Source: Phoronis australis
Taxonomy: Eukaryota; Animalia; Phoronida
Length of the DNA stretch: 64,000 bases
Direction of reading: 5' to 3'
NCBI GenBank assembly: GCA_002633005.1
Contig: NMRA01000025.1
Span: 729,785 to 793,784, forward strand
The notes beneath the pieces were generated by a model. It saw nothing but the letters and a program-made list of their open reading frames with translations. It did not search any database and had not been told where the DNA came from. Shown piece by piece: positions 27,559 through 39,184 of the stretch. How positions within the stretch are numbered: position 1 is the first letter of the stretch; every line of letters begins with the position of its first letter. Both the position numbers and the translations under genes were made by a program.

Positions 27559-28824
27559 CAAACTTGGTTTCGTGTGCTAATGAGTTGGCATTTCTGCATT
27601 CCCCACAAGAGGTCGCAACTGTGTTGGAAATGGGATGTGTGGTTATATCTTCAGTGATGTATTGCAAATTGGAATTATTTTAATCTCAAATTACCTTGTT
27701 GTCATTTCGCCTCATTTAATTTTCGACAGATTGACCTCCACTGAGATTAATTTAAATTGAAACGTTGCTTGCATATACGTTTAGCCTTTGAGGTTTTCTA
27801 CGCTGGCCTATGCATGGGTTAACTGATGCGGTCTTGTAAGAAAACCAGACTAGACGAGGCATTTAGGAATGCGAACTGTTTCTCAACCAATTTGTTATTT
27901 GCGGTGTACTGCAGCCATTGTAAATTTAAGATGGAGAAGAAAAACAACAAATTAGACAACCATAACTCACTCTGCGTTCCATTAAATGCCATGTTTTTGC
28001 TTTCGTACCACTTGGTATAAACAGCCTTCTAATTAGCTGTTATAGATCGATGGAGACCATTTATCATCCTGTCTTGACAACTGTAACACAGCAGGCTGTG
28101 ATTAGTTCAGGCTTTAAAGATATGCTTTTACCTCAGATTTTCCTGAAGTTTAAACTTGAATGTCGTTTTGAAGTCGGTGTAAACTGTTAGTTTTCACGAA
28201 CTTTATACTACGTTTTATTTCCAAGTTTTTGTTGTGTTTTTTTTGTTTAGCAATAAATTTCTGGCATCAGAGGTTCTAAATTAGAAATTACTGCGGCTTG
28301 TTTGATGAAATCTGACTAGACATTTGTGCATTTCAAGTGTACTTGAAACCGCATTGATCAAGTGACTGGGAGATAATTTGACTTACAAGAGTTACGGTGT
28401 TGCGTTCCTTCTAGGAACTAGGATTGAGCATATTTTTGCCTTTAATACCTAGACATAGATATGTAACCAATTGGTCATAAGTAGAAACAGCAAGTACCAT
28501 TCTTATGGAGCTTGTTCAATTTGCCCATTGTGTAAATATGAACTTTATCATCAAGGTTTTTGTTATCAAATTCACCTCAATGGTATTGCAGGATGCTTCG
28601 AAATTAATATTAACGTAGTTATTATAAGTTTAGCACTGTGCATAATAATTGATACTTATGGCTGTTTCCATAAGCAGAAGTCTTGCCTCATTCACAAATT
28701 GGCGAATACCTAGACTGATACCTGACGAAAAGAAAAAGAATTGAGGGAAATTGTTTGGTTCAGAGTGTTGTAGCTTTTTTGACAAGAATAGATTTCATCA
28801 ATTTTTTTGAAAATATCCTTTTAG

Positions 28825-28956
28825 GAGTCAACCCCTGTGGATCGAACAACGGTGGTTGCAGTGACCTCTGTCTGATGTCGCCCAACGCTCGCCGTTACAC
28901 GTGTGCCTGTCCCACTGGGGTAAAACTGCTGAGTGATGGGAAAACGTGCGCCAATG
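28825..28956 (+). CDS. LRP6: LRP5/6 exon, EGF1 (132 nt)
   Basis: ttttag|GA GTC AAC CCC TGT ([16 protein letters not shown]...CACPTG...KTCAN) G|gtaggt. Confidence 0.95.
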
Positions 28957-29116
28957 GTAGGTGCCATGGAAATTTTTATGCAAAAATTGATGCATGATTC
29001 CAACTGTTTGGAACCGTTTTTTTGACGTTCAGTTTAAATATTTCAGAGGACCATATCTCACTCATCTCACTTCAAGATGGGGTGTGATACACGTCAATTT
29101 TCTATGCTCGTTCCAG

Positions 29117-29317
29117 GCTCGGAGAAACTACTACTACTTGCTCGACGTACAGACATCCGACGGATCTCTCTCGACACTTCAGATTACACGGACATCGTGC
29201 TTCCCCTGCAAAACATCCGTCACGGCATCGCCATTGACTACGACCCCGTAGAAGGTCACGTGTACTGGACAGACGATGAGGAGCGCAAAATACAGCGGGC
29301 GTATTTGGACGGCTCTG
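29117..29317 (+). CDS. LRP6: LRP5/6 exon, start of propeller 2
   Basis: ttccag|GC TCG GAG ([20 protein letters not shown]...YWTD) ... TCT G|gtatgt. Confidence 0.95.
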
Positions 29318-30053
29318 GTATGTTGTTGCTTTAATGATGGCCGGGATAATTAAAGGGGCATCTCCTTTTTTCTCATTGTCAAAAATATATTAATTCTAAA
29401 GCACATTACTCAGCCATGCAAAATATGCCATCCACAAACATATCATCCAGCTTATTGTAAAGTAAATTAGAGGGCTGCTAGTTTTGACAGTGTTAACCCT
29501 TCTTTCTTAGATTAGTCCTCTTCATAGCAATCTTAGGAGACCTCTCAATTCATTTTCATAGTGGAAACTACTTGATATTTTTGTAAGTTTAATTTTTAGG
29601 CCATTAATCAGCCCATTTCATTACATCCATGTTTGGGATTTTAATCTGTATTTGTGTTTCATGTTTCTTAAGACATTGTGGCATTACATCGCTCGAGACT
29701 AGCGAAAATGTCTGGTCGAAAATATGAGTAACGGCATATTTGCCCTTCGTGTTCCCGGATTTGGACTCGTAAAGAGTGCTGACCAAAAAAGAAAATGGCG
29801 AACGTCCGCTTGGCGTCCGTACGAGTCAATTTTCTACTTGTATTTTACTTTTCCACTTGTATTTCTGAGCATTTATTTGTTTATGCTGAGCCCTGCATTT
29901 ATGTCACAACTCACTGTAGCAATGCTATTCAAGAGTCTGGTGTTTCTTCATTTTAATCAGTTAAGAAGACTTGGAGAATCAACTTGTAAGACTTCTTTCT
30001 TCGAACAGCTTCTTCAGGTTCAACTTATCATCAAATCATTTCCCATTCCACAG

Positions 30054-30512
30054 GTCAAGAGGTCGTGATCTCGTCCGAGGTTGATCAACCGGATGGCGTT
30101 GCCGTCGACCCCATTGCACGCAACCTCTACTGGACCGACACCGGCACAGACCGTATTGAGGTTGCCCGTCTCAATGGCTCGTCACGCCGCGTACTAATCT
30201 CGGAAAATCTCCATGAGCCGCGTGCGATTCAACTCGACCCCATAGCTGGTTATATGTATTGGACTGACTGGGGAAAGCTGCCTAAGATAGAGCGAGCAGC
30301 GCTGGACGGCAGCGAGCGCATCGAGCTCGTCAACACATCCATCAAATGGCCGAACAGTTTGGCTATTGACCATGAAGAAAAGCGTATTTACTGGGGCGAC
30401 GCCCATTTAGACCAGATCGAGATGATCAGCATGGACGGAACGGGGCGGCGCGTGCTGCTCAAGGGGAAACAGGGTGCAACTCTACCTCATATCTTTGGAT
30501 TTAGTTTGTTAG
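30054..30512 (+). CDS. LRP6: LRP5/6 exon, propeller 2 middle
   Basis: ccacag|GT CAA GAG ([14 protein letters not shown]...[12 protein letters not shown]...PHIFGFSLL) G|gtacgt. Confidence 0.93.
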
Positions 30513-31283
30513 GTACGTTATGAGTTCAGGAGGTTTCTGGTAGTAAGTGGCAGGACTTTTATTCGAAAAAATAATTTGTTTTCTAGGCTCGGAAATGTTT
30601 CTTCAAACACATTTTTAGAAAAGGGGAAGTACATTTTGCGCAAAAGCTACGCTGGAAAGAACTCTAGAACACTTTGAATTAATTCATGAACTTGTCAACG
30701 TGTTTCGTGTCCCATGTTACTTGTCTGTTTTGGAAGCTTTATAAGCCATTGAAAATGTACCTTGGGAGTCAGCAAATGACTGTTGTGTAGGTAAGGTCTA
30801 ATTGACCTCTAACTATTGCGTGACAAGATACTGGTAATAGTCACTTAAAGGGGGTCAGCATTTTGTGAACTGGTTTGATGCCTGTTATTCAGTGGAGGAA
30901 GCTGGTTCTCAAAATGCGGGACTCTTGTAAGTGACTATTACCATTGAGGTGGTGCTATGTACAAAAGGGCCACAGTCAGTGTTCTGCACAACCATCTTGG
31001 ACTTGTTGCGGTAATATGTTTGGACTTTTTCGAGGATGTGTTTTGATCACCTGAGTTTGAATTCATAGGAAATGTTTCATTTCTTCCAGCAGATAAGGAC
31101 GTATTGGATATTTCACACCAGTTTATTTTAGTGCTTCCAAAGCTTTACATTTAAACTCCCAACAGTATTGACACAGACTTTCAAATGCTCGTAAATTTCG
31201 TAATTTCTGTCGATTTTGAATTTTGTGGAGGACATTCAGCAAAATTCGAGACCCTCAGTTTTGTTTCTTTCCCGCTCATGCAG

Positions 31284-31424
31284 GTGAACATATCTATTGG
31301 ACGGACTGGCAGACGAGGGTCATTGAGAGGGTGAATAAGTACACGGGTGATCATCGAGAGGTCATCATTGAGGAGTTACCAGACCTGATGGGTCTTAAAG
31401 CCATACAGATTGGTGCTCAACTAG
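31284..31424 (+). CDS. LRP6: LRP5/6 exon, end of propeller 2
   Basis: atgcag|GT GAA CAT (EHIYWTDWQTR...LPDLMGLKA...) CTA G|gtaggt. Confidence 0.95.
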
Positions 31425-31993
31425 GTAGGTATACAGCTGTGCACAGTGTATGTGAGTGTGTCATCGTTGATATTAGTGGGCAAGTGGAAATAGGCAATAG
31501 GTATTCGTAGCACGCTAGCCAAGCAAAAGTAAGTATCATGGTTTGTCATTAAATTACTTTTTTATTTCATTCATTTTTGGTCAAAAAACCAACATTGGTT
31601 CTGATTTCTACCCCAACTCGTTTTGAGGCGGTGCTCGTCAGACTGAAAATTTCAAAAACGTCTGCCCATATTGATTTTAGCCAAGGTCTTGCGGGTTTTT
31701 TTCTGAAAAGCTGACTAATACATGAGAGCAAGGTTTGAAACGTCATGATTTCCTAAGCAATTAGTAAAAAAATGGAAAGGAAAACAAATCTCGCGTCATT
31801 TTTGTTCATCTCTGCTGAATTTTCTTTATGAAAAAGTGAGCAAGTAAAAAACATCACACCACCGACTCGATTTTCAAAAAAAACAGACTGGAACCATATT
31901 CTCAGAGACCACACTTTTGTTTAATTGAAATTCTAATTATTTTTCAGAAATAAAACCAAATTCCGGACTTTAGCATTATTAGTCACTTTTCAT

Positions 31994-32537
31994 GAAACAG
32001 ACATGCGCAGTAGAATAAAGGGCTTCCCAGAAACAGACGTGCGCAGTAGAATAAAGGGCTTCCCAGAAATAGAGATGCGCAGTAGAATAAAGGGCTTCCC
32101 AGAAACAGACATGCGCAGTAGAATAAAGGGCTTCCCAGAAACAGACGTGCGCAGTAGAATAAAGGGCTTCCCAGAAACAGAGATGCGCAGTAGAATAAAG
32201 GGCTTCCCAGAAACAGACATGCGCAGTAGAATAAAGGGCTTCCCAGAAACAGACGTGCGCAGTAGAATAAAGGGCTTCCCAGAAACAGAGATGCGCAGTA
32301 GAATAAAGGGCTTCCCAGAAACAGACATGCGCAGTAGAATAAAGGGCTTCCCAGAAACAGACGTGCGCAGTAGAATAAAGGGCTTCCCAGAAACAGACGT
32401 GCGCAGTAGAATTAAGGGCTTCCCAGAAATAGACGTGCGCAGTAGAATGAAGGGCTTCCCAGAAACAGACGTGCGCAGTAGAATGAAGGGCTTCCCAGAA
32501 ACAGACGAACGCAGTAGAATAAAGGGCTTCCCAGAAA
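31994..32537. repeat. 36-bp minisatellite, 15 units, with 3-unit higher-order periodicity
   Basis: GAAACAGAC(A/G)TGCGCAGTAGAATAAAGGGCTTCCCA x15. Confidence 0.97.
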
Positions 32538-32672
32538 ATTGTTTGAACCCATTTCATCAGCAGATGATCACTTTCAATGAAAGCCTCTTGTTGAGGGAAC
32601 TGCATAGAATAGGCTGACCTTAGGTGGTTTGTAATCATTAGACAGACAATTCAGGTTAACATTCTTCATCAG

Positions 32673-32968
32673 GTACCAACCCTTGCGTGATCAACAATGG
32701 CGGCTGCTCGCACCTCTGTCTCTACTGTCCCCAGCCCCGGGGTGTGGTGTGTGCCTGCCCCATGGGCCTTGAACTGCTGGCTAATGGTCATACGTGTATC
32801 GTGCCTGAAGCATTCCTGCTGTTCACGAGAAGTATCGATATTCGACGTATCTCGTTGGAGACCAAGCACAACGACGATGTGATCCCGCTCAACAATATTA
32901 AACATGCCATCGCGCTCGATTTTGATGTCGGCGACAACAGGATCTACTGGACAGACCTGGAGTTAAAG
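32673..32968 (+). CDS. LRP6: LRP5/6 exon, EGF2 and start of propeller 3
   Basis: catcag|GT ACC AAC CCT TGC ([16 protein letters not shown]...[11 protein letters not shown]...YWTDLELK)|gtgagt. Confidence 0.95.
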
Positions 32969-33557
32969 GTGAGTTGCGAAATAATTGTGTTTTAGTGGTC
33001 ACAGAGCCTGTCTCCTTTCTTTTTTACTAAAGATTCGTTTAGCTATGATTAGTGATTGTTCCGTCCATGTTATTTTCAGTACAGTTCTAGTTTGTACACT
33101 CAGCACTTACGATAAGTTAGAATTTGCTTTATTTACTGGGATGAAAACTTTCGGTTTAGTTGGATCTGACTTATACCAGTTTTACTTATTTTGAGTGAAG
33201 TCGGAAGGAAAGCTGTATATTTGGAACCTTTTTTACACGGTTTGTACCAGAGAATTGACTTATCGCCAGGATTTTGAGTGACGGCTGAACTGACTAATCA
33301 GAACGTAGCATTCTTGACAAACCTTCGTTTCCAAGCCACCCTTTTACCTGACAAACACCACGTTGCAGGGTAAAACTTATTGTTTGTTTGTCGACATTTC
33401 GCAAGGAGGTGGAGCTTGCGATATGTCACTTGAAGAAGACAATAAAAAAATAGTAACCAGAGCTGTCTGAGTGTCATAAAAATTATAAGGAAACCCAGTT
33501 AACTGTGTACTTGTTGAATGTTGAAGATTTTGTTTTATCCCGAAATTTTCCCTGCAG

Positions 33558-33784
33558 ACCATCAGCCGGGCGTTTATGAACGGCAGCCAGGTTGAACCAG
33601 TCATACGGCACGGTCTACAAGAACCTGAGGGCATGGCCGTGGACTGGGTGGCCCGAAATGTTTACTGGATCGACTCAGGGACCTGTCGCATTGAGGTGGC
33701 GCGGGTAGATGGGACATCACGTAAGGTGCTCGTATGGCGCGACCTGGCCGCTCCCCGCACACTTGCATTGGATCCGCCTGAGGG
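33558..33784 (+). CDS. LRP6: LRP5/6 exon, propeller 3 (227 nt)
   Basis: ctgcag|ACC ATC AGC CGG GCG TTT ATG AAC GGC ([10 protein letters not shown]) ... GAG GG|gtgagt. Confidence 0.95.
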
Positions 33785-34149
33785 GTGAGTGTCTTGGTTG
33801 GCGGTTGGTTCGACATTTTTATGTAGTTACTTATTCACCTGTGTAAAATGATGTAGGGATGCTGTAGGATATGAAGGAGAATGCTGACTGATGACAAAGA
33901 TTGGTTGGCAAGGGGTTGTTGAATGTTTTTTAGTAAATACATTCCAAGTACTTCTAAATGTTGGTGATGCTTGCCCAGCAGATATTGAAAGGAATTTTTA
34001 AGCTTGCTCCAAACATTTGAAGGTTGTTGGTAGATTTAGGTGGTTATTTGGTCACCTAGATTGTAGTCCAGCATAACTTTAGTTTACTTCTGCCGTTTCT
34101 GTTGTTGACTGGACATTTTTGTTATAAACAAGTGACCTTGACCTTGTAG

Positions 34150-34334
34150 ACACATGTACTGGACCGACTGGGGAAGCGAACCGAAGATAGAACGCGCCGC
34201 TCTCGATGGCACCCATCGCTCAGTTATTATCGGTCGTGTCGGACGGGTCAACGCGCTTACTATAGACTACGAGGAACGTTGTCTCTACTGGGCCGACATG
34301 GACAAAGATGTCATTGAGAAATCAGACATGAACG
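34150..34334 (+). CDS. LRP6: LRP5/6 exon, propeller 3 (185 nt)
   Basis: ttgtag|A CAC ATG TAC TGG ([20 protein letters not shown]) ... AAC G|gtaata. Confidence 0.95.
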
Positions 34335-34500
34335 GTAATAACGCAATCCATCTTTGTAATCAAAAAAGACATGGTCCCGTGACCCAATCAATGACAGATT
34401 GTATAAAGTCAAAAATGGAATTTCACAGGCTTTGCACTGTCAGAAAATACACACTGAGTTGTAGATATTTGGTTGAATACATATTCTTGTCCATAAGACC

Positions 34501-34851
34501 TTCATAACATTAAAGTTAGCATTGAAAGCAATTGAACAGCATTCTTTCTCCCTCACCATTCATAACATTAAAGTTAGCATTGAAAGCAATTGAACAGCAT
34601 TCTTTCTCCCTCACCATTCATAACATTAAAGTTAGCATTGAAAGCAATTGAACAGCATTCTTTCTCCCTCACCATTCATAACGTTAAAGTTAGCATTGAA
34701 AGCAATTGAACAGCATTCTTTCTCCCTCACCATTCATAACATTAAAGTTAGCATTGAAAGCAATTGAACAGCATTCTTTCTCCCTCACCATTCATAACAT
34801 TAAAGTTAGCATTGAAAGCAATTGAACAGCATTCTTTCTCCCTCACCATTC
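34501..34851. repeat. 58-bp minisatellite, 6 units
   Basis: TTCATAACATTAAAGTTAGCATTGAAAGCAATTGAACAGCATTCTTTCTCCCTCACCA x6, with one substitution. Confidence 0.97.
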
Positions 34852-35280
34852 CAGCTAATCTGACAGTGAATGCAAATTCCTCTCAACGGCCATGCCTGGA
34901 ATATAATTTGCGTTCACTTTTCTTGTGGGGGGAATTACTGGTCATTTTATCTGATTACTTTTAGTGCACACTACTTTTGTACAATAAACAGGATGTTGAA
35001 GGTGTTGAACTGTGTTTCTTGGGATAAGTAATCATTAAAGAGACCCAGTCATTTCAATGGTCTAAAACGCATTTTGGGGAGTATTGTTGGGTAGGACATA
35101 CTCCTGGAAATTATTACTTTTGATCAGATGTATATTTTTTAATTTTATTGCAAATTGCCGATTTTCACTGTAGGCTTTTAGTCGTTGGGTAGAATCAACC
35201 AAAATCCATAACAGTTGACTTTATCAGTTTATTATGCTTACAACACTTGGCTACACAATGCATTAGTTTTCAGCCTTACT

Positions 35281-35367
35281 AGCAAAGTGTGGGACTGCAA
35301 CCAACACACAGCAAAGTGTGAGACTGCAACCAACACACAGCAAAGTGTGGGACAGCAACCAACACAC
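35281..35367. repeat. 29-bp tandem repeat x3
   Basis: AGCAAAGTGTGGGACTGCAACCAACACAC x3 with minor variants. Confidence 0.9.
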
Positions 35368-35615
35368 GGCATATTTGCTAATGTTGCAGTTATATGATTG
35401 TGCTTTGTTCTTAGCACTGTTTCAATGTGCAAGTGCCCTCAAACACCGATTCGTCTGCAGCCAAGTAGTGAACCATAAAAATAATGTTTCATCACTTTTA
35501 CCACTAATTAAATGAGTGCCAGGGTTAAATAAAAAAGATAAATATTGGCAAATTTAGTAATTGCTTTTGTCCCAAATTGAAGAATTTTAATCTTGCTTCT
35601 GCTCTCTTGCAACAG

Positions 35616-35960
35616 GTCTGAACCGAGCTTCAGTGCTGCGGGAGAACTTGCCAAATCCTTACAGTATCACGCAGTACCAAGACTATCTCTATTGGACAGA
35701 CTGGGGCAAGATGAGCATTGAGCGGGCCAATAAGACGTCCGGACTCAACCGCACGGTCATTCAAAATGATGTCGGCATGGTGATGGACCTCTTGGTGTTC
35801 CACGCGTCACGCCAGTCGGGCTGGAACACGTGTGGCCTGTATAATGGCGGGTGTACGCACCTGTGCCTTGCGCACTCGCCTGAGTACCGGTCTCCGCACA
35901 CGCACCACTGTGACTGTCCAACACACTACACTCTGGGCCATGATAACAAGACGTGTCGTG
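35616..35960 (+). CDS. LRP6: LRP5/6 exon, end of propeller 3 and EGF3
   Basis: caacag|GT CTG AAC CGA ([29 protein letters not shown]...CPTHYTL...KTCR) G|gtgagg. Confidence 0.95.
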
Positions 35961-36503
35961 GTGAGGGCCGGGGTCGTGGGGACCTCTTGTTTCATTTTTA
36001 CATAATCCCTAAAACAACGACTATGAGGATCTGGTACACTAATGAAGTTGTTTTTTTTTTTCACGGAAACATCGTGCCAATATAAATAGGCTATAGGTTG
36101 ATGTAAATGGACTTTGATTTTTCGAATTGATTGTTTCTCATTCACATTTACTTTTTTGTGTTTCTCTGCTCCTACGTTTTGGTGGAATTTCAAGAAAGTT
36201 AATTTTACGTGCCTTAGCAGATCTCTAGGTTAAAATGAGATTTCTCGCTGATGTTATGCTTCCCACTTTCGCAGTCTGCTATTAATCTAAGTGTGTTGCT
36301 TCCCTTTGAGAAGAAAACTTATTGGAAGTCATCTTAATCACCTTCTCGAGTAATCTGGTCGGTAAACCTGCAAAAATCATTGAGAGGCAATCGCCCTTGC
36401 TGTCCACTGCACTTCTGAGAAGCACTTTTTGAAATTATTTTACTACAAGGCAAGTTTTTTGTGTTTTACCTCTCACATTATTGACTTGTGCTTGGTTTTG
36501 CAG

Positions 36504-36706
36504 CGCCAACTACCTATATGTTGTTCTGTGATCACAACTTTGTCAAGCGGTTCCTGGTGAATACAAATGAGTCACCTGACGTTGTACTGCCCATTCACGG
36601 CATCCGTAACATCCAAGCAATCAGTTTCGATCCATTTGCCAAGCTTATCTACTGGATCGACTACCGCGCCAAGGTGATCAAGAGAGCCTCACCCAATGGT
36701 ACTAAG
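36504..36706 (+). CDS. LRP6: LRP5/6 exon, start of propeller 4 (203 nt)
   Basis: ttgcag|CG CCA ACT (PTTYMLF...SPDVVLPIHGIRN...YWID) ... ACT AAG|gtaagt. Confidence 0.95.
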
Positions 36707-36804
36707 GTAAGTATTATTAAGGTTATGTACGACCTTATCGACTTGTCGGCTTATTTAGTCAGATATCTACAATACTTTAGATTTTAACTTGGTAGAAGTA
36801 TATG

Positions 36805-37666
36805 TAGATTATTACATGGTGAAGTGGTTATCCCCCGTATTCTGGAGCCCGAGTGGATTTTGGAGAATTATCGCCCTTTGGGCGATAATTCTCCAAAATC
36901 CACGAGGGCTCTAGTTAAGGGGGATAACGACTTAGAACATGCAATAATCTATTTATACCACATACTGAACAAGAAACATTGCAATGAATCAATCTACCTT
37001 TTTCGACTGGCCTCGGCTTTGTAACTACTTTCTATGTCAGAGGCCTGGGATTAGAGGTCGTGACCTTTTAAGAAAACCTGGGCTATTTTTGTCAAATAAT
37101 GCTTTTACTCAAAACCAATTGAAAATTTAAACAAAATAGAAATAAAGTGAATCTATAAATTAAGGTTTAGCAACTATTAGCTTACTACACATTTTATCAC
37201 GCTATGCTTTGACCGGGAAAATATCGTCTGCTAAAGTAGGTTACCACTGGTAACTGAGTATAATGCTCAAGTCAAAGGATCCCGACAACACGATACCTGC
37301 ATTCAAATTGGACATCGGTGATTTACAAGTGAGAGAACACGAGAGAACACGAGAGAAAAATTTCACTGAATTAAAATATCGTTTTTATGGAAATTATGCG
37401 TCTTATTTTTCATAGCGTATAAATGTCGGTACAATGCCCTTTGTTGAACATGCAATTGTTGCGCGTGCTCATTTAATTCTATTTTCACATTCCATGACGT
37501 CAGCCTCCGAGTGGTGCAGCGGTAAACTCGACGACCCGAAACTCTTGCGGCCCGGGTTCGAAACCGGCCTCGGTTCCCACCAAAATGTTATCTCATTAGT
37601 GAGATAACTAGATGGATTATTACAAGGTTGTATTGGCCATTTGAGGCTAATATTGTGGTATAAGTA
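36805..37666. mobile_element. Unclassified non-autonomous element with a 147-nt terminal hairpin and an internal tRNA-like module
   Basis: Hairpin 36805-36951. Inverted pair TTATACCACA (about 36953) / TGTGGTATAA (about 37654). Direct repeat GATTATTACA near both ends. A/B-box module at 37505-37582. Confidence 0.55.
37505..37582 (+). pseudogene. tRNA-derived sequence (SINE-head or pseudo-tRNA)
   Basis: A-box-like TGGTGCAGCGGTAA, T-arm CCCGGGTTCGAAACCGG with B-box, and CCGAG/CTCGG acceptor-like pairing. The anticodon arm does not pair convincingly. Confidence 0.55.
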
Positions 37667-37881
37667 ATGTTATTTTCCATTTGCCTTATGCATACAAATT
37701 CTCGTACAAATACTGTATACGAGTCGAATCTCACTAAAGCTTTGCCCATGTGGTTCTGGGAGTTGGTGGTATTTCTATTACCTTACATCTGACAGAGCCC
37801 TGGTATGACACTTGCAATTTGACTCGTAAGAAACTTTGACTCCATTGTGCAGTCTTTCACAAACATTTTGTTCTTCAACAG

Positions 37882-38081
37882 GCACAGGTAGTGGTCCATC
37901 AACATGTAGACGTTGATCCATACGATCTGGCTGTCAACGCATACTCACATCATCTTTACTGGTCGTGCTCAGAGACTAACGTCATCAACATCACTCATCT
38001 AGACTTCCGCGCTCATGTGGGGGTCGTCGTCAGCGGCGAGGGTCAGAAACCCAGGTCGATAGCACTGAGCCCGGAAACGGG
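37882..38081 (+). CDS. LRP6: LRP5/6 exon, propeller 4
   Basis: caacag|GCA CAG GTA GTG (...DPYDLAVNAYSHHLYWSC...KPRSIALSPET) GG|gtaagt. An alternative in-frame AG would start the exon at 37888. Confidence 0.92.
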
Positions 38082-38089
38082 GTAAGTTT

Positions 38090-38468
38090 GTCTACTTCCT
38101 ACGCATCTTCTTTACTCTTCTCTACCCTCCATCTTTTCCAATCCTTCCTGCCCTCTCACCCTACATTCCTCCTGTCTCACTCCCTCTTTCCCGCCTCTCC
38201 CTGCCACCCTTCACCACCCACTTGGTCCCTCTTCTTTCTCCTTCATCTCCGTCTCCCTCCCTCCTTTCTTCTCCCTCTCTTCCTTAATCTTAACTCTCTT
38301 GCCTCTCCCACGCGCTTTCTTCTTTTTCCCCACACTCCCAATCTGTTTTCTTTCTTCCTTCTTCTTTTTCGTACCAATCGCTTGGTTCTTTCAAAACACT
38401 GCGCTTGTGCTATGTGTTGTGTGTGTGTGAGTGTGTGTGTGTGTGCGTGCGTGCATGTGTGCGTGTGC
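38090..38468. repeat. About 280-nt polypyrimidine low-complexity tract followed by a (TG)n microsatellite
   Basis: C/T-dominated sequence at 38090-38370 and TG/TGCG repeats at 38412-38468. Confidence 0.85.
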
Positions 38469-39184
38469 TTGAGCATAGGATGGCTGGCTACTTTTTTAGA
38501 AATGTCCAGTACAGTGGTACACTTTCAACCGAAAACCTGATACAGGGTCACTATTTTCAGAAAAACTGTAGAATGGTTAAATTTTCAGGATGTAAATCGC
38601 ACCACCCTCGTCGAGTTCCCTCATGTCAGAGCACATCATTCTATCAAAGACTTGTTTTTTAATTTCAAAATTGCTGCCTCCAGTAAAGTTATGTGTTCTG
38701 TGTACCCATTTTATCTTCCCCTTTTCTGTTCTTGTCTTCCCTTATTACGTTTCAAGAAATAAGCCATTTGACTTCTCAAGGGTCTGGATGGTAGAAATAC
38801 AGTGACTCCTTGATGCATTGCATTTTTTACTACAGCAGCTCAGCGTAGTATAATCGTTAAAAGGGGAAAACAGATTGCGTGTGGTCTCATGCAATTGTGG
38901 CGTTCTCGGACGTGTGCAGACCATAACTAAGGAAAGGGAGTTGTTAAAAGGTATCAACCATCGCCTTCTGATTATGTTCACGGCCCTATCGTATAGGAAA
39001 TGATAAAAATAGGAGAACAATATAAAGAACTGCCTCCCCTCTTCCCCCTCCCCTTTCCAGTCATGCCAGTTAATTCCGTGGCAACTCACAGTTCTGGCAA
39101 AATTTTAGCTTTCAAGTAGATTTTCGAACTTAGATTGTTCATTTTGCTCTGTTTAGAAGACTAACATGAATTAAAAGTCAAATT

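Noticed and set aside
31979-32638. 204-219-aa repeat ORFs on both strands (MRSRIKGFPETD / CFWEALYSTAHV)
   Set aside because: Artefact of a 36-bp unit without stops. The flanking LRP exons join in frame without it.
37505-37582. Functional tRNA gene
   Set aside because: The anticodon stem and D-stem do not pair properly and no T-run terminator follows; kept only as tRNA-derived sequence.
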